Assembly (NCBI GenBank): GCA_964016885.1
Contig: OZ024757.1
Location: forward strand, 28,334,001-28,398,000
Direction: 5' to 3'
Source of the DNA: Eledone cirrhosa
Taxonomy: Eukaryota
DNA length: 64,000 nucleotides
In this document: positions 40,093-53,074 of the stretch, piece after piece
Layout: every line of letters starts with the position of its first letter
Position numbering within the stretch: position 1 is the first letter of the stretch
Notes under the pieces: generated by a model
The model's input: the letters and a program-made list of their open reading frames with translations, nothing else
Told to the model about the DNA's origin: nothing
The model's database searches: none
Program-made: the position numbers and the translations under genes

Positions 40093-41185
40093 CATCTCCT
40101 TTATAGCTCTTATCAGCAATGATGGCTGGCTTCAGATTTCATCATAATTCACTCAACTGATCTGATAAACAGTTGACCACCACTACTACCACCAATACCA
40201 CCACCATTGCTACCACCACCACAAACATTACCCTGCCACCTTACCCCCCCCCCCACACACACACTAACTCTACCATGGAGATATAGATGTCTACATATAC
40301 ATGCATTCATTCAATGTATTTACACACACACACACATATGGTCTTGTGGTTAAGACGTTTGCTTTACATGCATGTTATTCTGGTTTCAATCCCAATATGC
40401 AGCAACTTTGGCAAGTGTTTTTTCTTTCGTATAGCCTTAAGTTGATCATTATCTTGCATGCTCTTTTGAGTTCTTTTGTGTCAAGAACACTCTCTTTAAT
40501 GTTGCATTGGATTTTTCTTCAATAAATATATTTTACCCCTTTTGATACTCAACTGTCTGAAGTCACCCCTCGTTCAAATCTATTTATATTCAAGTGTCTA
40601 TATTTTTCTAAAAAGTTCCCATCATAATTTTATGTAATAACATAAGTTAAGCTATGTTCCAAACACTAATTCAATAATGTTAAAATTAGTTATCTTACAA
40701 ATCTCATTATTCTAAAATGTTGATATTTATCTAAAAAACCTTAGATTCTAGTTTTTTGTAAGAACCTATGTTAAGTTATGTTCCAAATTCCAACTTAATA
40801 ATGAGGAAATTGTTATCTAAATCATTTCAAATTAGATATTTTATACTCATCTTGAATTCTTGGTAATTTTCAAAATTCATTTGAAATACAGAAACAAGGT
40901 TAAAATACTATATTTTTCTGGCAATATTAGGACAACATGACCCTCCCCAAATATAACAATATCTGTTTCAACACATGATTTCATATCAAAAACCTTGCAA
41001 AACAAATACATTGCCGCTACTATTATAGCATTTTTCACTAAACTTTTTCTTTAAAATGAAGGTACATCTTGCTCATCAGTGTGTCTTATACACCAGTGTG
41101 AGTTATATTCTCTGGTGTATATACCTCACACATACGTGTACGCAAACACAAACAAATGTGGAAACTAATATATATATGTATATAT

Positions 41186-41672
41186 ATAATTCAAGAGATA
41201 AGAGTAACATGGTTGTCTGTACAATAAGGGCTTTATTCACGGTGCTGCCAATTGTTTCTTTGATCTGGTAGGTCTAGAGTTCGCTAATCGCTAGATGTTG
41301 CGTCAATCGAACTCCAATACTTTGTTTATAACCAGTTAATTCATCAGAGCAAGCGATGATGAATTAACTGGTTATAAACAAAGTATTGGAGTTCAATTGA
41401 TGCAACATCCAGCGATTAGCGAACTCTAGACCTACCAGATCAAAGAAACAATTGTCAGCACCGTGAATAAAGCCCTTATTGTACAGACAACCATGTTACT
41501 CTTATCTCTTGAATTATTATTACTCCAAGTATAGCTTACATAGAAATCACTGTATCACTATGGAAGCGTCTTGTTGAGTCAAACTAAGCAATACGTTAAT
41601 ACCATCCACAACACAGAGTACTCTAACTGGACTACCTCTAAGTGGATTGCCTATAACGAAAACTTGTTATCC

Positions 41673-41673
<1 letters not shown>
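41186..41673 (+). mobile_element. Fold-back + tail element (young)
   Basis: 161-bp arms 41186-41346 / 41357-41517 with about 4 mismatches; tail TATTACTCCAAGTA...CAGAGTACTCT; (TA)n flanks. Confidence 0.75.
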
Positions 41674-41711
<38 letters not shown>

Positions 41712-42381
41712 AATAGAGAAAGAGTTAAGTTGAGACCATATGGATGGACTACAGAGAAAAGGAAGGCAGATGTATATATGCACTCATATATGTTTATGTG
41801 CCTGCATAAGCACATATTAACACACAAATACATGCAGATATACATACATACGTACATGTATGCATACGCATATTTACATAAATGCACTTATACACATATA
41901 TTTGCACATATACATACATGCACACATAAACACATAGATGTATACACACATACATGTACATACATGTAGATACATCTTCACATACATGCACATACATACA
42001 TGCATAAATATATACATATGCACATATATATATATACATACATACATTCATACATACACACACACACACATTACATATGTCATCGTTAATTTTGAAATGA
42101 GTTCATATTTTCAGATCATCCAGTACACTATAATTAATTTTGGTGGCTTCAGTCTCTATCGCAGATTGCGGTAAGTGGTAAGCGTGGCCAATTTTCCTTC
42201 TGAAGGTTATTTGATTCTGCTATAATTATTATTGGGAAATAATAGGGGTCTTATGTTTCCTTCATAATACAGAGAGAAGAGAAGTGGAGGGGGAGGGAGA
42301 AACACACACACAAAGAAACATAGACATACACAAAAACATATGCACACACTGCTGATTTCATAGGGTATAAGGATGTTTGTT

Positions 42382-42438
<57 letters not shown>

Positions 42439-42553
42439 TTGTATATATATACATACGTAGAGCCTGACATAAACTCAATGCAAAAACAAAAGAAAATTGT
42501 CACATTTATTTTTTGTTTTAAAATTATTACTGCAGTCAATGTGTGTGTGTATA

Positions 42554-42632
42554 TACAGGGTGTTCCCCCAAAAATGTATACATATATTTATTAGAATACT
42601 GTTGAAGTGTGTATACATTTTTGGGGGACACA
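42554..42632 (-). mobile_element. Tc1/mariner-type MITE copy
   Basis: TACAGGGTGTTCCCCC...GGGGGACAC, internal motif reverse-complemented. Confidence 0.7.
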
Positions 42633-42988
42633 CTTCTTTTCACAGCCCTTTCTTTATATACCCTTTCTTACACACCCCTACTTGCACGCACTCTTCCTTA
42701 AACACCCCTTTCTTACAGATATCCCTTTTCAAATCCATTTAAACTTATTCTGCATTGTAAATAGGTGTAAAAGTCATTCATAAACACACAAACATCATAA
42801 TCATTGTCATCATCATCATGATCATTGTCATCATCATCATCATCATCATCATCATAGCTGTCGTTTTTTTTCCATGCTTCCTTTGGTTGGATGAGTTCAA
42901 TGTTTTCAGGCAGGTATTTTTGCTATGGCCAGATACCCTTCATGTTTCCAAACCCATACCTTATTCTGAGTATGGTATATACATTAAT

Positions 42989-43170
42989 TGTTTCTACTTT
43001 TGGCACAAGGAAAGCAATTACCCAGTGTATTACTGGTACTTTATTTTATCGACCCCGTAAGGGTGAAAGGTAAAGTTAACCTCGGCAGGATTTGAACTCA
43101 GAATAGCAAGGGCCGTAACTCTATACGTCAAAGCATGGCGTCCGACCCTCTACCGATACTGCCAATCCAC
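42989..43170 (-). mobile_element. SINE family A with TSD
   Basis: 11-bp TSD TATACATTAAT at 42978-42988 and 43171-43181. Confidence 0.9.
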
Positions 43171-43669
43171 TATACATTAATGTTTGTCAAACTGCTACCA
43201 TATGGGACATACATAACTGTTGCCAGTATTTATTATATACATTGTTGATGGTTGTGATGATGATTGTTAATATGGCATTTTCAGCAACTGGCATACTAAC
43301 ACCGATATACACTTAACCATGCAGCCATACTTGCTACACACATGTATATAGTTGTGTGTGTATAGCTGTGTATACATATGTATGTGCATACATACACACA
43401 CCAGTATTAAATGATAATTATATATATATATATACACACACATATAACAATTCTATATGAGTAAGACATGGTCACTTGACCCAACTTGCCTCAAATAGGA
43501 CAACCCATCTCACCCCAAATCTGCTCTGGTGGAGCAAACCTATGATGGAAGCCATCCATCCATGTTCATCCCTTAAGATTTTTTTTTTTTTTGTGGTGGT
43601 GGTGGTGTTTGCGTAGTGTATTCCTGTCAACATTATCTATTGAAACTCTTTTTTCTGAAAGAAGGGGCA

Positions 43670-44262
43670 CACTCTCTACAGTAGTGGAGTGCTAGTGGTA
43701 TGATAAAGAGCACCTAGTACAGAATCGAATAGAGACATCACAAGGTGGAGAGAGCTCTTTAGTTTTAAGGGCAGGGCAACTTCTTTAGTACTAGTGTCAT
43801 GATAAATAGTACCCAGTACACTTAGTATTGTGGCTGATGATCAAATAGAAGCAGGACAAGGTAGAGATAATTTTTTAGTCTGAAAGGCATAACATATTTA
43901 GTGCTGGTGCCTTGATAAAGAGCATCTAGTACACTCTGTAATGTGGTTGACACTCTGTAATGTAGAGACACTGTAAAGGAAAGAGACTCCTTTAATCTTA
44001 AGGACATGATGAATTCTTTAGCATTAGTGACATGATTAAAAGCACCAAGTTCACTCTGTAATGTGGTTGGTGTTAAGAAGGGCACCCAGTCAAAGAAACC
44101 ATGGCAAAAATTGGAATGTATGAGCAAGACATGATCCTTTGACCCATCTAGGAGGGCTCTAACTCAGAATAAGAACAGACTCTGACTGTAATAACCTGTC
44201 CAACCCATTCCAGCATAGAAAAAGCAGGCTTAAAATGATGAAGGCGATGATGACAATGATGA
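43670..44262 (+). mobile_element. Old RTE-type 3' UTR with four degenerate ~100-120-bp tandem units
   Basis: TAGTGCTGGTGCCTTGATAAAGAGCATCTAGTACAC-like motif at ~43689, 43786, 43899 and 44018, followed by the standard RTE tail. Confidence 0.6.
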
Positions 44263-44816
44263 TATCTATCTTCTGAACAGATGTCTCTGTATATTAAAGG
44301 TTTTATTCACTCTACTATCATGTATTAGAGAAAGGTGAAATCTCTCAGACCTTTTTTTTTTATTTCTTATCAATGGAAGGTCACATGGGTGAAATATCAA
44401 AGGTGATTGGTCAACATGGTGCTTTAGTAACAACATAATCTCTTTATTTTCTTCTTTCTTCTCCTTTCCCCATCATATCTAAGCTGATGGTTGGCAGTTG
44501 ATAAATATATTTTGATCTTGATCTCTGATGCAATATATATTGCTTGTAGTGGTGAAATGTATCTTCTCTCTCTCTCTCTCTCTCTCTCATTATATATATA
44601 TCTATATACACACACACATTATCACCAGTATTTAGTCATCATTTTATATTTTTATCCATGCTGGCACTGGCTTTATATATATATATAGAAAGATAGATAC
44701 ACATATATACATATATATACATATATATATATGTCATCATCATCATCATCATCATCATTTTACGTCCACTTTTCCCTGCTTGCAAGGGTGGGACGGGTCT
44801 TATGTATATATATATA

Positions 44817-45250
44817 TCATCATCATCATCGTCGTTTAATGTCCATCTTCCACGCTTGCATGGGTTTGGACGGGAGTTTTCCCACTTGAGGCAAGATTTG
44901 TTGTCCTGCTCGTATAGGACTGTCTGGCGAGTTTTCTACGTCTGGATGCCCTTCCTAACACCAACCACATTTACAGTGTGGACTGGGAGGTTTTTACCGT
45001 GTTACCTACACGGCCACATTACAGCGTGGACTGTGTGTTTTTTTGTTGTGACACCTACACAACCTCATTTGTTTCGAACTGGATGTTGTGGTACCAACAT
45101 AACTTCACATTTAAGGGGGTGGTGTGGGGGTAGTGGGATCGGGATGTATTTTGTTAGAGGTGCCTACTGACTGTAGGTTTCGCTTTGTACTTAGGCAAGG
45201 CGGGTCTTCTGTATGACTGTGTAGCGCCAAAGATCTCGGTCCAGTGACAT
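44817..45250 (-). mobile_element. 5'-truncated RTE LINE 3' end (last codons + 3' UTR + (GAT)n tail)
   Basis: 45250-45191 reads MSLDRDLWRYTVIQKTRLA*, a typical RTE C-terminal DRxxWR motif. The 3' UTR ends in CAAACCCATGCAAGCGTGGAAGATGGACATTAAACGACGATGATG. Confidence 0.8.
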
Positions 45251-45270
45251 TGTATATATATATATTTTAT

Positions 45271-45615
45271 GGAGGCACATGGCTTAGTGGTTATAGCATT
45301 GGCCTTGCAATCGAAAGGTTGTGAGTTCAATTCTCAGACCGAGTGATGTGTTGTTTCCTTGAGCAAGACACTTTATTTCACATTGCTCCAGTTTACTCAG
45401 CTGTAGAAATGAGATGATAGGGACTGGGGTCCCTATCATTCCACTGCAAAGTGGTCGTGGAGGTGCCACGGCAAAAAAGTACCCAGCACTCACTGTAAAT
45501 GAGGTTGGTGTTAGGAAGGGCATCCAGCTGTAGAAATCAAGCCAGAATCAGTTCCCGTCCCACCCTTGCAAGCAGGGAAAAAGCGGACGTAAAAAATAAA
45601 AAAATGAAATGATGA
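45271..45615 (+). mobile_element. tRNA-derived SINE family B (CORE-like centre, RTE-derived tail), full length
   Basis: Box A TGGCTTAGTGG and box B GAGTTCAATTC. CORE-like CCTTGAGCAAGACACTTTATTTCACATTGCTCCAGTTTACTCAGCTGTAGAAATG. Tail GGTTGGTGTTAGGAAGGGCATCCAG...GGACGTAAAA(GAT)n is shared with RTE 3' ends. Confidence 0.88.
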
Positions 45616-46239
45616 TATACATACATATATACATACATACACACCTGTGCTCAGATGTAAACACACAGACTCAAATGTCACACACATGCACATCAATACA
45701 TTATAGAATGTTAGCAAGTTGCTGTGCTCTCCAAGAGCAGCACATTTTACAAACAAAGAGGAACTATGTAAAACATTTTCAACAATAATAGACCAATATA
45801 TACATTTTTATTGTTAACTGTATTTAAAAAAAAAAACCTTTCTATATTTCTCTTTCTTGACAGGGCTTTATAGAAACAAACATAGTGATCACACATAAAC
45901 ACATACACACAAACACACACATGCACACATAGAAATGCACACATACACATATACATACTAACACATATGCATGTACAGGCACACACACACACACATATAT
46001 TCTTGTGTATGTAAAAACAAAGAATTTTGTGATCAGACATACATATACACTCATGCACTAACACACATACATGTGCAGACATGCACACATACACAGATAT
46101 ATATCCTTGTGTGGGAAGGGGTACTGTTATGTATAGAAAATTCTTTGTGAATGCATATGAACACACACATACACATGCATATATAAAACAAATGCATATA
46201 CATAATATGTATGTGTGTGTATATATTTATATATATATA

Positions 46240-46337
46240 TACAGGGTGACCCCCAAAAATGTACACACTCTTTGATTACCTGTACAGGCAATATTTATTA
46301 GAATGCTGTCGAAGTGTGTATAGATTTTTTGGGGACA

Positions 46338-46343
<6 letters not shown>
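46240..46343 (-). mobile_element. Tc1/mariner-type MITE copy (longer variant)
   Basis: TACAGGGTGACCCCC...GGGGACACCT; the extra GATTACCTGTACAGGCAATA is shared with the 62573 copy. Confidence 0.7.
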
Positions 46344-46374
<31 letters not shown>

Positions 46375-46480
46375 TTTAACGTCCATCTTCCACTATATAT
46401 ATATATTTTTTTTTTTTTTTTTCTTTTTTTTTTTTTTTCTTATATATATAACTCTTGCTAGCAGGGAAAGCAGACATTAA

Positions 46481-46523
<43 letters not shown>

Positions 46524-47572
46524 GTCTGCTTTCTCTGCTAGCAAGGGTTATATATATAAGAAAAAAAATATATATATATATAACAATATCTACAATATAA
46601 AATATACATAGGACAAATATTCTTCTTTGTTCCCAAGCAATTCCACACACAAAATGCTTCACATAAACATGCCCAAACACACACACATATGCACATACAC
46701 TTGTACATACACACACACCCACACATGCCCTTGGGAAATACCCCCTCTTTGATGCCCCAATCAAGAACCATTCATAGAGAGTAAAGCAGAACCTGTAGAG
46801 CTCCAATTGGAAAACCTTCTTCCCTTGTTAGATATGAATGAATTAGGAACAACAACAACAATTGACCAATTCGATTCGATTAATCTATAATGTTGTTTAA
46901 GGGTTAAAATTCTTCATTCCCCCCCCCCCTCTCTTTTTCTCTCTCTGCCTTTCTCCTCTCTTTCTCTTTCTCCCTCTCTCTGCCTTTCTCTCTCCTCTCT
47001 CTCTCTCACTTCCTCTCTCACTGTCTGTCTCTCTTCTCGCTTTTCTCCTCTCTTTCTCTCTCTCTCTAATTTGTCAGTGTCTAAGCAATGGAATGGCTAT
47101 TATTGAGTTTACTATGTAGGTATATGTGTAGGTAGGTGATATTTGTGAGGTGAAAGGGTAGATGTTTAAAGGAGGGGTTGGTTTGTGTTGTGTTATGTTA
47201 TGTTGTGTTGTGTTGTGTTTTGTGGTTTGTTTCAAGTTTTAAGGTCCCCCTAAGGGCATTTACTGACCTTTCTGCACTGATTTCCCTACAACTACAAATT
47301 TGACATGTGGAAATGCAGTTCTATATATTTCAGCTGCTGGGTTAGACTTGAACTTGTTCTTTGGTCTTTTAGCATGACACCAGGACACACTGACATTCTT
47401 ACTGCTATTTAAGAGGTGAGTAGTTCCACCACTTGAGTACTGACTTGGTCTCTGAAAACCTGTCCAACCCTTGCTAGCAGGGAAAATGGATGTTAGATGA
47501 TGTTGATAATGATGGGAAGAATGACAGGCAAAGTTAAACTGAGCAATGTTTGTAGAAAGTATGTCGAAAAGT

Positions 47573-47790
47573 TTAACCCTTTTAGCATTCACATTACTCT
47601 ATATATACTATTGTATTTTCACAGTAAAGGCTTTATCTCACATAACATCGATTTGGAATGAGATTTTGATATTTTTTGTTTTGAGGACAATACCTTAACA
47701 TAAGTATGAGAGGCCTGTTATGGCTGGTTTGAAAGAAAGTGGTGAGAGAATTCTGTCTGGATACAACTGGTTTAAATGCTAAAGGGTTGA
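47573..47790 (+). mobile_element. piggyBac-type MITE, copy 6
   Basis: TTAA-CC...TAAATGCTAAAGGG-TTGA, same body. Confidence 0.85.
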
Positions 47791-48497
47791 ACTATCCTGT
47801 CCAAACCCGGTTCAGCATGGAATAGTGGATGTAAAGATTGATGATGAGTAAATTGGGGCAACGTGAAATCAAGTGCTTTGCTCAAAGATACAATGTTCCT
47901 CTCAGTCCAGGAATTGAACCCACAACCTTAAGATTGTAAGACACCACACACCCACCATCTAACTATAAGTACTACATGACGTGTTTATTTTATCAATGTC
48001 AGAACCACCAACTCTTAAAAATATGTTCTGATCAAACCAAACCAAATTAAAATTAAAGACATTATGTCTCCCCCCCCCCCCCCCCCCACCACCACTACTC
48101 TTCCATATCCTCCACCATCTCCCCACTTGAGTCTAGTCTCTCCTCTATTACATCACTTTTTGTGTTTTCTCTCTCCTTCTCTCTCCTCCACCATACAGCC
48201 ACCACCATCTATCTCTTCTCTCGCCACCACCACCACCTATCTCTTCTCTCCCCCATCTCTACCACGTGTGTCTCCTCTCTCCTCTCTTGTCCATCCTCAC
48301 CTTTCTCCTCCATCTCTGCCACCACCACCACCACTTGTCTCCTCTCTTCTCTCTGGTGGTTTAGGCAATATAACCAGTGAATGTCTTCGTTTTGCTGTTG
48401 ATGATGATGATGATAATGTTAATTATAATGATAGTGATGACGGAGAGGATGGTTTTGATGATGGTGATGATGATAATGACGATGATGGTTATAATAA

Positions 48498-48704
48498 TGA
48501 TTTCTACTATAGGCACAAGGCCAGCAATTTTGGGAAGGGGAAAGTCGATTAAATCAACGCCAGTGCATGACTGGTACTTTATTTTATCGACCCTGTAAGG
48601 ATGAACGGCAAAGTTAACCTTGGCAGGATTTGAACTCAAATTATAAAGGGCCGTAACTCTATGCTACAAAGCATGGCGTCCGACCCTCTACCGATACTGG
48701 CAAT
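48498..48704 (-). mobile_element. SINE family A
   Basis: Reverse-complement copy within a (GAT/AAT)n tract. Confidence 0.85.
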
Positions 48705-49221
48705 AATAATGATGATGATGATGATGATGGGGATGGTAATGATGATATTGCTGATAATTTTGATGGTAATTATGATCATGACGACAATGATGATGATGGT
48801 GATGCTAATGACAATGATGATGATGACTACAATGGTGATGATAATGATGATAATGCTGCTGCTGATGATGATGATGATGATGATGATGATGGTGACTATG
48901 GTGATCGCGATGGTAATGATGAGGACTAACATAGTGGTGACGGTGATAAGGAAGATGATGACTGTGGTGGTGGTGATGATGATGATGATGATGATAAATA
49001 TGGTGATGATGATATTGATGATTCCAATGATGATAATGATGGCTATGATGATGATGATGATGATGATGATATGCTCTCATATATCATCATTACAATGTAA
49101 CTGAGTATCAGCTGGGTAGATTGCAGTATTGTTATTAATTACAACTTTTAAAAAATGAGACAAGGAAAAAACAAAAACAAAAAAATGAAATAAACCAAAA
49201 GAAGAAAAAAAAGAGAATTAT

Positions 49222-49700
49222 CATTAGTAGCTGACCATATGAATAACAACAACAACAGTAACAACTGTATCATGACCACCACCACCACCACCACCACCAC
49301 CACCACCATTAGTAGCTGACCATATGAATAACAACAACAGTAACAACTGTATCATGACTACCACCACCACTACCACCACTACCACCACCACCACCACCAC
49401 TACCACCACCATCACCACCATCACCACCATTAGTAGCTGACCATATGAATAACAACAACAACAGTAACAACAGTAATAACTGTATCATGACTACCACCAC
49501 CACCACCACCACCACCACCATTAGTAGCTGACCATATGAATAACAACAACAGTAACAACAGTAATAACTGTATCATGACTACCACCACCACCACCACCAC
49601 CACCACCATTACCACCACCACCACCACCACCACTAGTAGCTGACCATATGAATAACTACATCAGTAACAACAGTAGTAACTGTAACATTATTATGACTAC
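49222..49700. repeat. Composite minisatellite: fixed core with variable microsatellite spacers, 5 copies
   Basis: TAGTAGCTGACCATATGAATAAC at ~49225, 49310, 49431, 49522 and 49634, separated by (ACA)n-CTGTATCATGAC-(ACC)n of variable length. Confidence 0.9.
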
Positions 49701-50111
49701 TACCACCGCCACTAATACCATCACTATAGCCACCACCACCACCAACATTGCCACTGACACCACGACTATCATTGCTACTACCACCACCACCACCACCACC
49801 ACTACAATTATCAACACCACAAATACCATCACTACAACCAACGCCACCACCAACACCACCACTATTACAACCACCACTGTCAATACCACCACAATAACTA
49901 CCACAATCATCAAAACCTCTACCACCACCAATTATATGCCATTGTAATATAATTAAATATATTGTTATAAAAAATCTCTACAATATCCCAGTATGATGTT
50001 CCATAACACTAAAGTTGTATTGTATTACCTGATTATTATATTATGTGTGTCAGTTTGTTTGTGATTCTGTTTGTGTATAAAATAATTATGTAATAATACA
50101 ATTATTATTAT

Positions 50112-50830
50112 TGTCCGAGATGCGCACAGAGCGAAGAAACCGTCGTGCACGCACTCGTTCAGTGCCCGAGCATTGCTGACTTGTGGAGGTATGTCGAACA
50201 GTTGCTATCGTGTGTAGGACTGATCCAGTTATCGACTGAGTCCATTGTGCAGATGGCCTTGCCGTCTTCCTTCGAGGAGGAAGGGCAGGCGGTTTTCATC
50301 TGCCTGGTGGCCATGGCGAAAGAGATTGTGTGGTGGACAAGGTTAAAAGGGTTAAAGACTTTCCTCTTCGGCGAATCCCTAATTAACTTTTTCAAGTTTC
50401 ACTTGAAGAGGAAAATCAGGCTGGAGAGGCAAGTGTTGCCTTCTAGCAAGTTTGTTGAAAGGTGGGTGAATGTAGCGAGAATGGTCCGAGTGAACGGGAC
50501 CGCTCTGAATATACGTCTGTAGTTTGAGAAATGGAAAAATTTAGAGAGGGCGCTTGCCCTGGTGGTCAGGGTGGCCGTGGTCTTTTGTGTGGTTTTCGCC
50601 ACAAGTAACCCTCGGAGGTTTCCCTCTTATTGGGGAATTTTTCATTGTTTCAATTTTCATTTTTATTGTTTATATATATATATGTTTCTATGTCCTTTTT
50701 TTTCTTTTCTTCTATAAATAATAAACATATTTACCCGCACAAAACCCACATCGTACCGTACTGTGCCGTCTGTAATGTTTTTCTTGATGTCAGCCCTTAT
50801 GGCCAATAAAGAAATCATTATTATTATTAT
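50112..50830 (+). mobile_element. 5'-truncated L1/Tx1-like LINE 3' end (CCHC zinc knuckle, 3' UTR, (ATT)n tail)
   Basis: 50112-50522 reads CPRCAQSEETVVHALVQCP...AKEIVWWTR...FVERW with no stop. The UTR ends GCCCTTATGGCCAATAAAGAAATC(ATT)n, and (ATT)n also flanks the 5' side. Confidence 0.85.
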
Positions 50831-50868
<38 letters not shown>

Positions 50869-50869
<1 letters not shown>

Positions 50870-51466
50870 GCAGTATCGGCAGAGCTTTGTGGCATAGGGT
50901 TACATCACTTTAGGTTCTGAGTTCAAATCGTAGGTGAGCTTTGCCTTTCATCCTTATGGGGTTGATAGAATAAAGTACCAGTAACACACTGGGGTGGAAA
51001 TAATTAACTTTTTCTCCTCTCCTCCCAAAATTGTTGGCCTTGTGCCTAAATCAGAAACTATATATATATTTATATATATATAAACATTGTATTACTATTG
51101 GTAGAGCATTGCACAACATACTTTATGGCATAGAGTTCAAATCCTGCCGAGCTTAGCTTTGCCTTTCATTCTTACGGGGTCAATAAAATAAAGCACCAGT
51201 AACTAACTGGGGTTGATTTAATTGACTTTCCCCTCCCCTAAAATTGTTGGCCTTGTGTCAAAATCAGAAATCATTACGGTGGATTGGCAGTATTGGTAGA
51301 GGGTCGGACACCATGCTTTCCAGCATAGTTACGTCTCTTTACGATCTGAGTTCAAATCCCGCCGAGGTTGACTTTGCCTTTCATCCTTACGGGGTCGATA
51401 AAATAAAGTACCAGTAATGCACTGGGTAATTGCTGGCCTTGTGCCTAAAGTAGAAACAATTATTAC
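50869..51466 (+). mobile_element. Three head-to-tail SINE family A copies
   Basis: Copies at ~50869-51060, ~51090-51275 and 51278-51460; the third sits in the ATTAC tail of the second. Confidence 0.85.
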
Positions 51467-51926
51467 AGCATGCAGCTGTAGAAAGCTGGCCAATCAATGG
51501 GTCGGGAGGACCTTTCAGTTGTGTCAAAGACATGACAACCTCTCTGTAAGACAGTATGTAAGTGAGAGATGCTTATCCCCTTTCCTTCCCTGACCTGTAT
51601 GGGAGGTCAGTTGCCCTACTTCAGTACTGACTTATGCAGACCAGTTCTTCAGTCCTTGCTTGCAGGGAATGTGGACATTAAATGATGATGATGATACAAT
51701 CATTGTATTACATTCTCACTAGGAGGTTTTTTTCCCTACTATTTATAGAGATTGACTACTATAGAAAGACACATGTATTTGGGACGATTGCATTTTAAAT
51801 TACAAATTTTTCCAATGTCTCTTAAGTCAGCTATATGTGTGAATGTGTGTCCATCCTGTTTAGAATAAGTAAAACATTGCCTCAAAGGATCACATTCAAC
51901 TCATGCCAGCATGGCGGGTTCAACAC

Positions 51927-51991
<65 letters not shown>

Positions 51992-52124
51992 CTCATATTT
52001 TCTTCTGATGAAGACCCCCTTCCTGCTATTTCAAGCATTAAACTAATATATTCCTTCCATATACTGTACCGTTTGTTTTGCTATTTGTTTACCTTTTATA
52101 TATATTTGTGTACATATATATGTA

Positions 52125-52224
<100 letters not shown>

Positions 52225-52975
52225 TATGTGTTATATATATATATATCTAGTGTTACCTCAATTCGCTAGTTCTGTCTCTTATTCCTGTATCTCTTTCCCT
52301 ACCCCTCTCTCAACTACACAAACACCACCCCACACAGATACGCACACCCTATTATACATAAATGCTCCATCTTTTACCATTTTATATCTCTCCCTCCTCC
52401 TCTCTCTTTTTATATATGTATCCATCTTTTTTCTAAATCATCCTTTACTGTACCCCCCCCCCCCCCATGCACTCTCTCTCTCTATCTATCTATCACACAC
52501 ACACTCTCTCTCTCCACCCCTCTCACCACATCCCAGTCTTCATAAAGCTTCTTTATAGAAATACCATGACTTTTACAGCCAGGAGGAATTAAAAAAGATA
52601 TTTCTTCATCTTTCTTCTTCTTCTTCTCCCCCCCCCCATCTTCCTCCTCCTGGACATTGTTGCACCGCTGTCTCTCTCTCTCCCTCTTGATTTCACTCAC
52701 CCATTCTCTTTCTCTCCCCTCTGTCTCTCACTCTCCTGGTCTAAACGGAACACTCTCTCTTCTTTCACCACACACACATATAGAAATAGCAAGCAGATGA
52801 AGTCAAGTTTAGAAAACATTCATCTTCTTGCTTTGCTTCCCTTCTCCTTGCTCTCCTTCACTCTCTATATTTACATGTATGTGTGTATATATATATATAT
52901 ATATATGTATATGTGTGTGTGTGTATGTATATGCATATATATTTATATGTATGTATGTGTATATATATATGTAGG

Positions 52976-53074
<99 letters not shown>

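Noticed and set aside
45271-45345. tRNA gene
   Set aside because: A and B boxes are present but the acceptor stem does not close, and the sequence continues into a multi-copy SINE body.
47373-47421. Splice-like pair tctttTAG...GAG|GTGAGT
   Set aside because: It runs directly into an RTE-type tail and is probably repeat-derived; the 43-nt length does not fit the candidate exon chain.
48661-49104. Met-rich ORF suggestive of reflectin
   Set aside because: Pure (GAT)n translation starting inside a SINE; it lacks the Tyr/Arg/Pro/Trp-rich reflectin motif.
49222-49700. CRISPR-like appearance of regularly spaced 23-bp cores
   Set aside because: The spacers are mutually related microsatellites, the context is eukaryotic, and there are no cas genes.
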